Shown: in pieces, positions 1-9,143 of the stretch
How the letters are laid out: each line of letters opens with the position of its first letter
Numbering within the stretch: position 1 is the stretch's first letter
Assembly: GCA_945865805.1 (NCBI GenBank)
Contig: CAMBGJ010000004.1
Coordinates: 9,988-41,987 of the forward strand
From: Bordetella parapertussis
GTDB lineage: Bacteria > Pseudomonadota > Gammaproteobacteria > Burkholderiales > SG8-41
Direction: 5' to 3'
Length of the DNA stretch: 32,000 bases
Translations under genes and position numbers: made by a program
The notes under the pieces: model-generated
Told to the model about the DNA's origin: nothing
The model's input: the letters and a program-made list of their open reading frames with translations, nothing else
Databases searched by the model: none

Positions 1-471
1 CTGATGCAAGCGGATGACAGCGCGTTTCTCGCCGCGCTGCGCGAGACATTCGGCGCGCGCCTGGGCGAATTCACCCGCGTCACGCGGCGCGCGAGTTATC
101 CGCTCTGCCTGCGTTACACCACGCGTGACACGCCGGGCGTCATCACCATCGGCAACGCCGCGCAAACGCTGCATCCGGTGGCGGGCCAGGGATTCAATCT
201 GGGTTTGCGCGATGCATGGGAACTGGCACAAATCTTGAACGGCATTGCCCCGCAAGCGCTCACTAACAACGAGACGGTGCGCGCCTATCGCGCCCGCCGT
301 CGCGTTGACCGTGGCGCGATGATTAGCGCCACGCATGGCTTGGTGCAATTGTTTTCAAACGACTTTTTGCCGCTGCAAGCAGCGCGAGGCGCGGGCATGA
401 TGTTGCTCGGCGCGATCGCGCCGCTGCGAAATTTTGTCGCGCGGCGCATGATCTTTGGCGCGCGCGGCTGA
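1..471 (+). CDS. UbiH/UbiF/VisC/COQ6-family FAD-dependent hydroxylase, C-terminal part (5' end lies outside the window)
   Basis: The frame is open from base 1. The motif GNAAQTLHPVAGQGFNLGLRDAWEL is the C-terminal FAD-binding fingerprint of this hydroxylase family. The ATG at 4 is probably internal. Confidence 0.8.
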   Translation: MMQADDSAFLAALRETFGARLGEFTRVTRRASYPLCLRYTTRDTPGVITIGNAAQTLHPVAGQGFNLGLRDAWELAQILNGIAPQALTNNETVRAYRARRRVDRGAMISATHGLVQLFSNDFLPLQAARGAGMMLLGAIAPLRNFVARRMIFGARG

Positions 472-510
472 TGGCTGACGGCTCGCTAACGGCGCGCTAA
501 CCATCAGCCG
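465..510. repeat. Perfect 10-bp inverted repeat CGGCTGATGG / CCATCAGCCG with a 26-nt loop, overlapping the ubi-hydroxylase stop codon; possible terminator-like hairpin without a U-tract
   Basis: Read directly: 465-474 is the reverse complement of 501-510. The loop contains the direct repeat CGCTAAC x2. Confidence 0.6.
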
Positions 511-779
511 CGTGAAAATGTCGTCCTGGCGCAATGCCCTGGCGCGATTTGCTCACGTTGCGCGTGAAGAAATTTCACTAAGTGCAGGCGCGGCATACGG
601 TTTTGGCATGGCAACCTTTACCGCGTCACTTTGCCGCGCAAAATAGTTCGTGATGCCTGTCACAACACAAAATAAATTGCGTAAAAAATAGTCAATATTC
701 CTCTTTGCACGCAGGGCGCACCGGATTAGAATCGCGTCCTTTCCGCAAAACCTGCAAAACCGGATTTCGTCGCACGCGC

Positions 780-1805
780 ATGCACATCGGCAAACATAAA
801 TTAAAGAACAGGCTGGTGGTGGCACCAATGGCGGGAGTGACTGACCGTCCGTTTCGTCAACTGTGCAAGCTGATGGGCGCGGGCATGGCGGTGTCGGAAA
901 TGGTGGCGAGCAACTCGCTGTTGTGGGGCTCCGAAAAAACCCGCCGCCGCGCCGACCACGAAGGCGAAGTCGATCCGATCTCCGTGCAGATCGCTGGCGC
1001 CGATCCGCAAATGTTGGCCGATGCCGCGCGCTTTAACGTCGACAACGGTGCGCAGATCATCGACATCAACATGGGTTGTCCGGCAAAAAAGGTCTGCAAC
1101 GTGATGGCGGGTTCCGCGCTGCTGAAGGACGAGCCGCTGGTGGCGCGCATCCTTGAGGCCGTGGTCAACGCGGTGGATGTGCCGGTGACGCTGAAAATAC
1201 GCACCGGCTGGGATCAAGGCAGCAAAAACGCCGTCACCGTGGCGAAAATCGCCGAGCGCTGCGGCATCCAGGCGCTGGCGATACACGGTCGCACCCGCGC
1301 TTGCGGCTTTAGTGGAGAGGCCGAATACGACACCATCGCGGAGGTGAAATCGCACATCGGCATCCCAGTGATGGCCAATGGCGACATCAGTACGCCGGAG
1401 CAGGTCAAGCACGTGCTCGAATACACCCAGGCCGACGCGGTGATGATCGGACGCGCGGCGCAGGGGCGGCCGTGGATGTTTCGCGAGATCACGCACTATC
1501 TCGACACCGGCACGCATCTGCCGCCGCCGGAAGTGCGCGAGATTCATCGCGTGCTGGTGGCGCATCTGCACGATCTCTATCAGTTTTACGGCGAGCAACG
1601 CGGCGTGCGCGTGGCTCGTAAGCACATCTCGTGGTACAGCAAAGGGCTGGCAGGGTCGGCGGCGTTTCGTCACGCGATGAATCAGCTTGAGACCTGCCAG
1701 GAACAACTTGATGCCGTGGACGCGTTTTTCAATGAACTCGCGGACCGCGGCCAACACCTGATCTACAGTGAGGATGCCAGGCATGATGAACCGCACCAAC
1801 GATAA
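780..1805 (+). CDS. dusB: tRNA-dihydrouridine synthase B
   Basis: The internal ATG at 780 of ORF 705-1805 gives MHIGKHKLKNRLVVAPMAGVTDRPFRQLC. The protein is colinear with E. coli DusB throughout (INMGCPAKKV, VPVTLKIRTGW, IHGRTRAC, GRAAQGRPW). Confidence 0.93.
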   Translation: MHIGKHKLKNRLVVAPMAGVTDRPFRQLCKLMGAGMAVSEMVASNSLLWGSEKTRRRADHEGEVDPISVQIAGADPQMLADAARFNVDNGAQIIDINMGCPAKKVCNVMAGSALLKDEPLVARILEAVVNAVDVPVTLKIRTGWDQGSKNAVTVAKIAERCGIQALAIHGRTRACGFSGEAEYDTIAEVKSHIGIPVMANGDISTPEQVKHVLEYTQADAVMIGRAAQGRPWMFREITHYLDTGTHLPPPEVREIHRVLVAHLHDLYQFYGEQRGVRVARKHISWYSKGLAGSAAFRHAMNQLETCQEQLDAVDAFFNELADRGQHLIYSEDARHDEPHQR

Positions 1806-2031
1806 TGATATGGCGCGCACGGTGCGCAAAGCCATCGACGGATATTTCCGGGACCTGGATGGTGAAAAAGCCAGCGGCGTTTACGATATGGTGATCAACT
1901 GCGTCGAAAAGCCGCTGCTCGAATCGGTGCTCACGCGCGTGCGCGGTAATCAAACGCACGCGGCGCAGATGCTGGGGCTTAACCGCAACACCCTGCGCAA
2001 GAAGATGAAGGCGCACGGAATTAAGTTCTAA
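1783..2031 (+). CDS. fis: Fis family DNA-binding nucleoid protein
   Basis: The C-terminal HTH GNQTHAAQMLGLNRNTLRKKMKAHGI closely matches E. coli Fis. The gene follows dusB as in the conserved dusB-fis operon. The start is ambiguous (GTG 1768, ATG 1783 or 1786); GAGGA at 1770-1774 favours 1783. It overlaps the dusB 3' end. Confidence 0.9.
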   Translation: MMNRTNDNDMARTVRKAIDGYFRDLDGEKASGVYDMVINCVEKPLLESVLTRVRGNQTHAAQMLGLNRNTLRKKMKAHGIKF

Positions 2032-2052
2032 TGTCATTTGCGCGCTAACGTC

Positions 2053-3645
2053 GTGACTACCATCAAACAAGCGCTACTCAGCGTTTCCGACAAAACCGGC
2101 TTGGTGGAATTTGCACGCAGTCTGGTAGCGTTGGGCGTGTCGTTGCTCTCGACCGGCGGCACCGCAAAACTGCTCGCCGATGCTGGCCTCAAGGTGACGG
2201 AGGTCGCGGACTACACCGGCTTCCCGGAAATGCTCGATGGCCGCGTGAAAACGCTGCACCCCAAGATACACGGCGGCCTGCTGGCGCGGCGCGACATGGC
2301 GTCACATATGCAGGCGATTGAAAAAGCCGACATACCCGCCATCGATCTGCTGGTGGTCAACCTGTATCCGTTCGAGAGTACCGTCGCCAATCCGGATTGC
2401 ACGCTCGAAGACGCGATAGAAAACATCGACATCGGCGGCCCGGCGATGGTGCGCTCCGCCGCGAAAAACTGGCGTGGCGTGGGCGTGGTGACCGATGCCG
2501 CGCAGTATCAAAACGTGCTGGAGGAAATCCAGCGTAGCGGCGCGCTGTCGGACGAAACGCGTTTTGCGCTGGCGGTGGCGGCGTTTAATCGCATTTCCAA
2601 TTACGACGCGGCGATCAGCGATTACCTGTCGTCGCTGCAAAAAGACGGCACGCGCAGTGGATTCCCTGCGCAAGCCAATGGCCGCTTTGTCAAATTGCAG
2701 GATTTGCGCTACGGCGAAAACCCGCATCAGCAGGCCGCGCTTTACCGCGATCTGCATCCCGCGCCCGCGTCGCTGGTCAGTGCCAAACAGGTGCAGGGGA
2801 AAGCGCTTTCGTATAACAACCTCGCCGATGCCGACGCGGCGTGGGAGTGCGTCAAGTCCTTCGACGAACCCACCTGCGTGATCGTTAAACACGCCAACCC
2901 CTGCGGCGTGGCGGTAGGCCGCGATTGCGCCGAAGCCTACGCCAAGGCGTTCGCCACCGACCCCACCTCGGCGTTCGGCGGCATCATCGCATTTAACCGC
3001 CCACTCGATGCGGCGACCGCACAGGCCGTGAGCAAACAATTTGTCGAAGTGCTGATCGCCCCCGCGTACGCGCCCGAAGCGCTCGCCGTGCTCGCCGCCA
3101 AAGTCAATGTACGCGTGCTGGAAATTTCGCTCGTCGGCGTCAAGCCCGATGCGCCGATGGCGTGGGACCGAGGCCGCAACGGCGTGGATGTAAAGCGCAT
3201 CGGCTCAGGACTGTTGATGCAAACAGCGGACAACCACATGGTCAAGGCCGCTGAATTAAAAATCGTTACAAAACAACAACCCACGCCACAACAACTGGCT
3301 GACCTGCTGTTCGCGTGGAAAGTCGCCCAGTACGTCAAATCCAACGCCATCGTGTTTTGCGCCCACGGCCAGACGCTGGGCGTCGGCGCGGGACAGATGA
3401 GCCGCATCGACTCCGCGCGTATCGCCTCGATCAAGGCGGCGAATGCCAAGCTGACATTGGCCGGATCCGTGGTGGCGTCCGACGCATTTTTTCCGTTCCG
3501 TGATGGCTTGGACGTGGTGGTGGAGGCCGGGGCAATCGCCGTGATCCAGCCCGGCGGCAGCATCCGCGACGACGAAGTGATCAAGGCGGCAGACGAACAC
3601 GGCATCGCCATGGTGTATACCGGCGTGCGGCATTTCAGGCATTGA
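2053..3645 (+). CDS. purH: Bifunctional AICAR formyltransferase / IMP cyclohydrolase
   Basis: The N-terminus [27 protein letters not shown] and [16 protein letters not shown] are typical PurH motifs, and the AICARFT domain runs to the C-terminal YTGVRHFRH. The start is either TTG 2038 (ORF track) or GTG 2053. Confidence 0.93.
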   Translation: MTTIKQALLSVSDKTGLVEFARSLVALGVSLLSTGGTAKLLADAGLKVTEVADYTGFPEMLDGRVKTLHPKIHGGLLARRDMASHMQAIEKADIPAIDLLVVNLYPFESTVANPDCTLEDAIENIDIGGPAMVRSAAKNWRGVGVVTDAAQYQNVLEEIQRSGALSDETRFALAVAAFNRISNYDAAISDYLSSLQKDGTRSGFPAQANGRFVKLQDLRYGENPHQQAALYRDLHPAPASLVSAKQVQGKALSYNNLADADAAWECVKSFDEPTCVIVKHANPCGVAVGRDCAEAYAKAFATDPTSAFGGIIAFNRPLDAATAQAVSKQFVEVLIAPAYAPEALAVLAAKVNVRVLEISLVGVKPDAPMAWDRGRNGVDVKRIGSGLLMQTADNHMVKAAELKIVTKQQPTPQQLADLLFAWKVAQYVKSNAIVFCAHGQTLGVGAGQMSRIDSARIASIKAANAKLTLAGSVVASDAFFPFRDGLDVVVEAGAIAVIQPGGSIRDDEVIKAADEHGIAMVYTGVRHFRH

Positions 3646-3739
3646 CTGCAGTGAACCGTGAACAGTTAACCGTAAACCGTGCCGCGCGATGGGCCGCTGC
3701 GGGGTGCTGTTCACTATTCACTGTTCACCGTTCACGCAG
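3646..3739. repeat. Inverted arrays of 7-bp tandem repeats (4-5 x CNGTNAA, then 4 x YRTTCAC) around a GC-rich spacer in the purH-purD intergenic region
   Basis: The left array at 3649-3683 reads cagtgaa ccgtgaa cagttaa ccgtaaa ccgtgcc. The right array at 3708-3735 reads tgttcac tattcac tgttcac cgttcac. The outer segments 3646-3664 and 3721-3739 are near-complementary (one bulge, one mismatch). Confidence 0.8.
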
Positions 3740-3754
3740 TTGCTTTATGCCGTC

Positions 3755-5050
3755 ATGAAAATACTCGTCATAGGCTCTGGCGGCCGCGAACACGCACTGG
3801 CGTGGCGCTTGTTGCAATCGCCGCGCGCTTCACGTGTTTATGTGGCGCCGGGCAACGCGGGCACCGCACGCGAAAAAGGCGTTGAAAATGTGCCGCTCAC
3901 GCGTGCTGCCGACCTCATAGAATTTGTCAATAAAAACAACATTTTACTGACGATCGTTGGCCCCGAGGCACCGCTCGCCGAGGGCGTGGTGGATGCGTTT
4001 CGTGCGGCAGGCCTGCGCATTTTTGGCCCCACCCAAGCTGCGGCGCAACTCGAAAGCTCGAAGGATTTTTCCAAGGCGTTCATGAAGCGCCACGGCATAC
4101 CCACCGCCGCCTACGCCACCTTCAGCGATGCCAACGAAGCGCACGCGTACATCGAGCAACAGGGCGCGCCCATCGTGATCAAGGCCGACGGCCTGGCCGC
4201 AGGCAAAGGTGTCGTCGTTGCGATGTCGCTTGCCGAAGCGCATACGGCCGTTGATATGATGTTGCTCGATAACAAAATCGCAGTGAGCTACAGTGAGGCC
4301 GGCGCAAGAGTCGTGATCGAAGCTTTTCTCGACGGCGAAGAAGCCAGCTTCATCGTACTCGCCGACGGTAAACACGCACTGGCGCTCGCCAGCAGCCAGG
4401 ATCACAAGCGCCTGGGTGATGGCGACATCGGCCCCAATACCGGCGGCATGGGCGCTTATTCACCAGCCCCGGTAGTTACCCCCAGCATTCACGCCAAGGT
4501 GATGCGCGAAATCATCATGCCCACCTTGAACGGCATGGAAAAAGACGGCATTCCCTACACCGGTTTTCTCTACGCCGGGCTGATGATCACCAGGGACGGC
4601 AAGATCAATACGCTGGAATTCAACTGCCGCATGGGCGACCCGGAAACCCAGCCGATTATGATGCGGCTGAAAAGCGATTGGGTAGATTTGATCGAAAACG
4701 CCATCGACGGCAAGCTGGATCAAGTCGAAGCCGACTGGGATCCGCGCGTGGCGCTGGGCGTAGTGCTCGCCGCGCACGGCTACCCGGACAACCCGCGCAA
4801 GGGCGACGTGATACGCGGCCTGCCCGACGCGGGTGGCGAGGACTACCACGTGTTTCACGCCGGCACGGCTATGAACGGCAACGATGTCGTCACCAGCGGC
4901 GGCCGCGTGTTGTGCGTCACTGCGCTCGGCCACAACGTGCGCACCGCGCAAAAACGCGCTCACGAAATCGCCGCGCGGATTAGTTTTGACGGCATGCAGA
5001 TGCGGCGCGATATCGGGCATCGGGCGATGCAGCTCAATCGCAAGCCGTGA
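3755..5050 (+). CDS. purD: Phosphoribosylamine-glycine ligase
   Basis: The internal ATG at 3755 gives MKILVIGSGGREHALAWRL. The ATP-grasp body and the C-terminal GGRVLCVTALG are typical PurD features. The 5' extension in the ORF track (3689) runs through the repeat element. Confidence 0.93.
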   Translation: MKILVIGSGGREHALAWRLLQSPRASRVYVAPGNAGTAREKGVENVPLTRAADLIEFVNKNNILLTIVGPEAPLAEGVVDAFRAAGLRIFGPTQAAAQLESSKDFSKAFMKRHGIPTAAYATFSDANEAHAYIEQQGAPIVIKADGLAAGKGVVVAMSLAEAHTAVDMMLLDNKIAVSYSEAGARVVIEAFLDGEEASFIVLADGKHALALASSQDHKRLGDGDIGPNTGGMGAYSPAPVVTPSIHAKVMREIIMPTLNGMEKDGIPYTGFLYAGLMITRDGKINTLEFNCRMGDPETQPIMMRLKSDWVDLIENAIDGKLDQVEADWDPRVALGVVLAAHGYPDNPRKGDVIRGLPDAGGEDYHVFHAGTAMNGNDVVTSGGRVLCVTALGHNVRTAQKRAHEIAARISFDGMQMRRDIGHRAMQLNRKP

Positions 5051-5051
5051 T

Positions 5052-5098
5052 GGTAGGGGCGCTCATCTACGCACGCGCCGGGCGTAGAATTTCTACGC
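5052..5098. repeat. REP-like GTAG/CTAC hairpins downstream of purD
   Basis: The sequence is gtaggggcgctcatCTACGCacgcgccggGCGTAGaatttCTACGC. GCGTAGA (5082-5088) and TCTACGC (5092-5098) form a perfect 7-bp stem. CTACGC (5067-5072) can also pair with GCGTAG (5082-5087). Confidence 0.6.
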
Positions 5099-5110
5099 AG
5101 CACCGCCATT

Positions 5111-5217
5111 CTGTCCCCTCTCCCCGGAAACGGGGAGAGAGTTAGGATGAGGGGGTTCTACCCAAGCATGGTGATCGCCCCTCACCGCCAACCCGCTCCC
5201 GGTTTCCGGGGAGAAGA
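5111..5217. repeat. GC-rich nested palindromic intergenic element (ccctctccccggaaacggggagag ... gatgaggggg ... ctcccggtttccggggag)
   Basis: The hairpin CTCTCCCCG-gaaa-CGGGGAGAG lies at about 5117-5139 and is flanked by CCCCTC / GAGGGG. A second hairpin lies at about 5196-5213. It shares words (gcccctc, ccggggagaag, gatgaggg) with the interior of the element at 11591-11791. Confidence 0.6.
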
Positions 5218-5247
5218 AGTAAATTTCGCCGAGATGTGTCGATACGT

Positions 5248-6156
5248 ATGGACACCGCCCAGGTAAAAACCTACCTCGAAGGCCTGCAAACCCGCATCAT
5301 CGATGCGCTCACCACGCTCGACGGCAAGCCGTTCGGCCGCGACGAGTGGACGCGCGCCCCAAGTGTCGGCGGCGGTGGCGGCATCACCTGCATGCTCGAA
5401 GACGGCCAGTTGTTCGAGCGCGCCGGCGTGGGCTTTTCGCATGTCTTCGGCCAGGGCTTGCCGCCATCGGCCTCCGCCGCGCGCCCCGAACTCGCGGACC
5501 GTTCCTACGAAGCGCTGGGCGTGTCACTGGTGCTGCACCCGCGCAACCCCTTCGTGCCCACCGTGCACATGAACGTGCGTTTTTTCTGCGCCCTCAAGGA
5601 TGGCGCGGCACCCGTGTGGTGGTTCGGCGGCGGCATGGACTTAACGCCCTACTATGGCTTTGAAGATGACGCGCGGCATTTCCATGAGACCTGCCGCGAT
5701 GCGCTAACCCCCTTTGGCGCAGACCTGCACCCCAAATTCAAAAAGTGGTGCGACGATTATTTTTATCTCAAGCACCGCAACGAACCGCGCGGCATCGGTG
5801 GCATTTTCTACGACGACGTACACACCCCTGATTTCGACACCTGCTTCGCGATGATGCAAAGCGTGGGCGACCATTTTCTCAAGGCCTACGTGCCCATCGC
5901 CGCATTGCGCCGCAATGTGGCGTACGGTGAAAACGAACGCGCCTTTCAGGCCTACCGCCGCGGACGCTACGTCGAATTCAACCTCGTCTACGACCGCGGC
6001 ACCTTATTCGGCCTGCAGTCCGGCGGACGCGCAGAATCCATACTCATGTCCCTGCCGCCGGTGGTGAACTGGCGTTATGACTGGAAGCCCGAGGCGGGGT
6101 CGCGGGAGGCGGAATTGTATGAGCGGTTTTTGGTGGGAAGGGATTGGTTGGGGTAG
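5248..6156 (+). CDS. hemF: Oxygen-dependent coproporphyrinogen III oxidase
   Basis: The protein is colinear with E. coli HemF ([88 protein letters not shown]). The start is ATG 5248, with GTG 5236 as the alternative. Confidence 0.93.
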   Translation: MDTAQVKTYLEGLQTRIIDALTTLDGKPFGRDEWTRAPSVGGGGGITCMLEDGQLFERAGVGFSHVFGQGLPPSASAARPELADRSYEALGVSLVLHPRNPFVPTVHMNVRFFCALKDGAAPVWWFGGGMDLTPYYGFEDDARHFHETCRDALTPFGADLHPKFKKWCDDYFYLKHRNEPRGIGGIFYDDVHTPDFDTCFAMMQSVGDHFLKAYVPIAALRRNVAYGENERAFQAYRRGRYVEFNLVYDRGTLFGLQSGGRAESILMSLPPVVNWRYDWKPEAGSREAELYERFLVGRDWLG

Positions 6157-6269
6157 GGGGGCGTGTGGGTTTGCGCCTGTGTAAACAAGGCTGATAAACA
6201 GACTTGCGCCGTCGCAAGAACCGCCGGTAGATTGCTGATATGCACACCACCATCACGCAGGGCCACCCC

Positions 6270-6641
6270 ATGAAAATCCTCGGTTTCGACCACGTACAAC
6301 TAGCCATGCCCAAAGGCGGCGAAGCCCAGGCAAAAGCCTTCTACGTCAGTCTGTTAGGCCTCACCGAACTGCAAAAACCGCCGGAACTCGCCGGTCGTGG
6401 TGGCGCGTGGTTTCAATGCGGCACGCTGCAGTTGCATCTGGGCGTTGAATCGGAGTTTCGCCCTGCGAAAAAGGCGCATCCCGCGTTGCGGGTGGAAAGT
6501 CTCGACGATTTGCTTGCCAATCTGCGCGGTGCAGGTTTTCAGGCCGAAGACGACACCTCCGTGCCGGAGATACGTCGCGCCTTTACCGAGGACCCTTTTG
6601 GCAATCGCATCGAACTGGTTGCCGCCGGGCGCGCTGTCTGA
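6270..6641 (+). CDS. VOC (glyoxalase/bleomycin-resistance/dioxygenase) family protein
   Basis: MKILGFDHVQLAMPKG...AFYVSLLGL...DPFGNRIEL shows the typical VOC beta-alpha-beta-beta-beta module signatures. ATG 6270 lies within ORF 6240-6641. Confidence 0.75.
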   Translation: MKILGFDHVQLAMPKGGEAQAKAFYVSLLGLTELQKPPELAGRGGAWFQCGTLQLHLGVESEFRPAKKAHPALRVESLDDLLANLRGAGFQAEDDTSVPEIRRAFTEDPFGNRIELVAAGRAV

Positions 6642-6691
6642 GCTGCCGTAGTGGTGAATCTGGCCGCGCCTAGCGCGCCAAGGCATAGGCG

Positions 6692-7222
6692 ATGAGAAAA
6701 GAATACGGCGCCGCCCTGCGCGATATTTTCACCACCTTGCTCACAAAAGCGTGCGGCGAATTTGTGCCGGTGAAGAAACACGCACCGCTGGCGGGCTATC
6801 CGGGTGAGCGCGCGTATTGCTGGCGGGTGTCCGAGGTGCTTTTTAACTGGGTGGTGCTGGTGCCGGATCAGGATCGTGAGGTTTTCTTTGTCGAGCTGGG
6901 TTGGTCGCGCAGGGGGCGTTTTCCGCAACTGACGATGCGTCCGTCGGCGCTGCGGCCTGGCGAGGCCGCCGGGCAAGACGAGTATTTGTGCCGCCTCGGC
7001 GAGTTGTCGCGCGACAACGACGAAGGCTGGGCGATAGAATCGTTGCGCGCGGATGCCACCCAGGAAGACATGATGGCCTATCTGGTGGCGCAAACCACGC
7101 CGGTGACACCGGAGGTGGCGCGCGGCAGAGTGACGCCGCTGGTCGAACAGGCCGTCAGCGAGTTGCAACGGTTTGGCTTGTCGTTCTTGCGGACGCAGGG
7201 CAAGTCTCGCAATATCGGCTGA
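6692..7222 (+). CDS. Hypothetical protein (176 aa), no family recognised
   Basis: It is a clean ORF with ordinary amino-acid composition filling the gap between flanking genes. I do not recognise a domain. Confidence 0.5.
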   Translation: MRKEYGAALRDIFTTLLTKACGEFVPVKKHAPLAGYPGERAYCWRVSEVLFNWVVLVPDQDREVFFVELGWSRRGRFPQLTMRPSALRPGEAAGQDEYLCRLGELSRDNDEGWAIESLRADATQEDMMAYLVAQTTPVTPEVARGRVTPLVEQAVSELQRFGLSFLRTQGKSRNIG

Positions 7223-7272
7223 AGGCGGTACTCCACGCTACCGCAGCAGACCGTTTTAGCAAACCGCATACC

Positions 7273-7306
7273 CTAAAAATCTTTTTAAAACAAATACTTA
7301 TGCAAC
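7273..7306 (+). promoter_or_regulatory. Copy of the recurrent AT-rich motif (core AAAACAAATACTTAY), about 20 nt upstream of the enolase-family gene
   Basis: The sequence is ctaaaaatctttttaaaacaaatacttatgcaac. GGAGG lies at 7315-7319 and the ATG at 7325. Confidence 0.6.
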
Positions 7307-7324
7307 ATTTTTCTGGAGGCCTCA

Positions 7325-8494
7325 ATGAAAATCACGCGTGTCCGTGCCATCCCCATGTCTGACCCGGTGCCGCCCGAGCGCCGTCACCGCACCGACCTCG
7401 GCACCAAAATGAAAAGCGATGCCACGCTGATTCTGGTGGAAACCGACAACGGCTTGACCGGCATGGGTGCGGCGTTGGGCACGCCGCCGGTGGTGGCCGC
7501 GATAGCCGAACACGAATTGGCGCCGGAGGTGGTGGGCGAAGACCCGATGTTCTCCGAGCGCATTTTCGAAAAAATGTACAACGGCTCCCGCGCCAAACCC
7601 GCGCTGGAGCGCGGCGTGGCGCAAGCTGAAACCAGCCGCCGCAATGGCATGGTGATGGAGGCGATTGCCGGCATCGACATCGCCATCTGGGATGTCAAAG
7701 CCAAGGCCATGGGCATACCCGTGTACCAGGCGCTGGGGGCTGCACGTGATCGCGTGCGCGGCTACGCTAGCGGCGGCTGGGCACCGGGTAACGAGGCCGA
7801 GGCGGAACTCGGCGGCTATGCGGCCAAAGGTTTCACCGCCGCCAAAATGCGCGTGATGGGCCGCGATGGTTTCTCGATAGAAAATTGCGTGCGCCGCGTG
7901 GAAGCCGCGCGGCGTGGCATCGGCCCGAATGTCGAGCTGATGGTCGATGCACACGCCTCACTCGAAACGCCGGTGGCGATACGTCTGGCCAAGGCACTGG
8001 AGCCGTACAACATCGCCTGGTTTGAGGAACCGGTATCGCCCGACAATCACGCGGGCATGGCCGAAGTGCGCGCGTCAACGCGCATACCGATTGCCTCCGG
8101 CGAGCGCGAATTTTCGCGCTACGGCTTCAAGAGCATGCTCGATCACAAAGCCATCGACATCGCGCAGCCGGACGTGGCCCGCGCTGGCGGCCTCACCGAA
8201 ATCCGCCGCATCGCCGCGCTCACCCACGCGCACGACATTCGTCTCGCGCCGCATGCTTGGGGATCAGGCCTCCTGTTCGCCGCCAGCATTCATGTGGCCC
8301 TGTCGGCGGCCAATTGCCACATCCTCGAAGTAAGCCAGGGCTACATGCCGATGATGAACGAGCTGTTCAACGAGCCTTATGACATCCGCGACGGCTATGT
8401 GTATGCGCCGGATCGGCCTGGGTTGGGCTTTACCTTGCGGTCTGACGCGCTGGAACGGTTTAAGTATGTGGAGGGGCCGGAGTTTGAGTTTTAG
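7325..8494 (+). CDS. Enolase-superfamily enzyme (mandelate racemase / muconate lactonizing enzyme family; acid-sugar dehydratase-like)
   Basis: It has the N-terminal capping domain (MKITRVRAIP...LILVETDNGLTGMG) and barrel metal ligands in MVDAH, WFEEP and ASGERE. Confidence 0.85.
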   Translation: MKITRVRAIPMSDPVPPERRHRTDLGTKMKSDATLILVETDNGLTGMGAALGTPPVVAAIAEHELAPEVVGEDPMFSERIFEKMYNGSRAKPALERGVAQAETSRRNGMVMEAIAGIDIAIWDVKAKAMGIPVYQALGAARDRVRGYASGGWAPGNEAEAELGGYAAKGFTAAKMRVMGRDGFSIENCVRRVEAARRGIGPNVELMVDAHASLETPVAIRLAKALEPYNIAWFEEPVSPDNHAGMAEVRASTRIPIASGEREFSRYGFKSMLDHKAIDIAQPDVARAGGLTEIRRIAALTHAHDIRLAPHAWGSGLLFAASIHVALSAANCHILEVSQGYMPMMNELFNEPYDIRDGYVYAPDRPGLGFTLRSDALERFKYVEGPEFEF

Positions 8495-8514
8495 CGCCTC
8501 AAAACCGCGTTGAA

Positions 8515-8546
8515 TGTAAGTATTTTTTATTGAAATATTTAAAAAC
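8515..8546 (-). promoter_or_regulatory. Copy of the recurrent AT-rich motif (consensus orientation on the minus strand)
   Basis: The plus strand reads tgtaagtattttttattgaaatatttaaaaac. The reverse complement contains caataaaaaatacttaca. Confidence 0.5.
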
Positions 8547-8585
8547 TCCTTACCTTCGAACCACAGGGCACATGGCCGATAAGTG

Positions 8586-8591
8586 TATAAT
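8586..8591 (+). promoter_or_regulatory. Candidate -10 box TATAAT placed for a leaderless transcript of the XRE gene
   Basis: A perfect TATAAT at 8586-8591 is preceded by TG. The ATG at 8599 begins 7 nt after the hexamer, and there is no Shine-Dalgarno sequence. No convincing -35 is present. Confidence 0.35.
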
Positions 8592-8598
8592 TTGATAC

Positions 8599-9120
8599 AT
8601 GGTTCAAATTCCACGCAATCCGATGGGCGCAACCCTGCGCATGTTGCGCGAGAGCAAACATCTGTCGCAGGACGCTGTCGCGAAGGCTGCGGGCATCGGC
8701 CGTTCGACGCTGGTGCATCTGGAGAATGGTGCCGATGTGCGGCTTGCCAAGGCGGCGGCGGTCGCCAAAACGCTGGGCGCCAGCCTGTGTGCGATCACGC
8801 AACCCACGGCACAACACGAACGGCTGATCGCGCGCGGGCACATGAACGAGCGCAACCTGAAACTGCACAATGCGCATCTGCGGCTGGCGCTCGACTTGAT
8901 ACTGGAAAAGCCTGCCGCGCTGGCCGCGCTGGCCGATGCGCGCAACATGGTGGCGTTGTGGGCACGCGAACGCACCTGCAGCGCGTTCTACATCGATACC
9001 TGGCGCGCATTACTCGAGGGCGCACCGGGTGACGCCGCGCGCGCACTGGCACAGATGGATCCACAGTGGGAATCGGCACTGATGCAAAACAGCCCCTTCG
9101 GCGCGATCGTGCACGAATAG
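8599..9120 (+). CDS. XRE-family helix-turn-helix protein with an uncharacterised ~100-aa C-terminal domain
   Basis: The N-terminus LRMLRESKHLSQDAVAKAAGIGRSTLVHLENG is a classic Cro/C1-type HTH_3. I do not recognise the C-terminal half. Confidence 0.8.
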   Translation: MVQIPRNPMGATLRMLRESKHLSQDAVAKAAGIGRSTLVHLENGADVRLAKAAAVAKTLGASLCAITQPTAQHERLIARGHMNERNLKLHNAHLRLALDLILEKPAALAALADARNMVALWARERTCSAFYIDTWRALLEGAPGDAARALAQMDPQWESALMQNSPFGAIVHE

Positions 9121-9143
9121 CGCCCCGGATAACACGGCCCGAC

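Noticed and set aside
801-1835. A 344-aa ORF on the minus strand, antisense to dusB.
   Set aside because: It completely overlaps a gene with strong full-length homology. Its translation is Arg/His/Ala-rich, typical of shadow ORFs in high-GC DNA, and I recognise no domain.
3646-3739. I considered whether the heptamer arrays could be a CRISPR-like or iteron array.
   Set aside because: The units are only 7 bp with no spacers, and the two arrays are mutually inverted. This is not CRISPR architecture, and there are no replication or cas genes nearby. It is kept as a repeat finding only.
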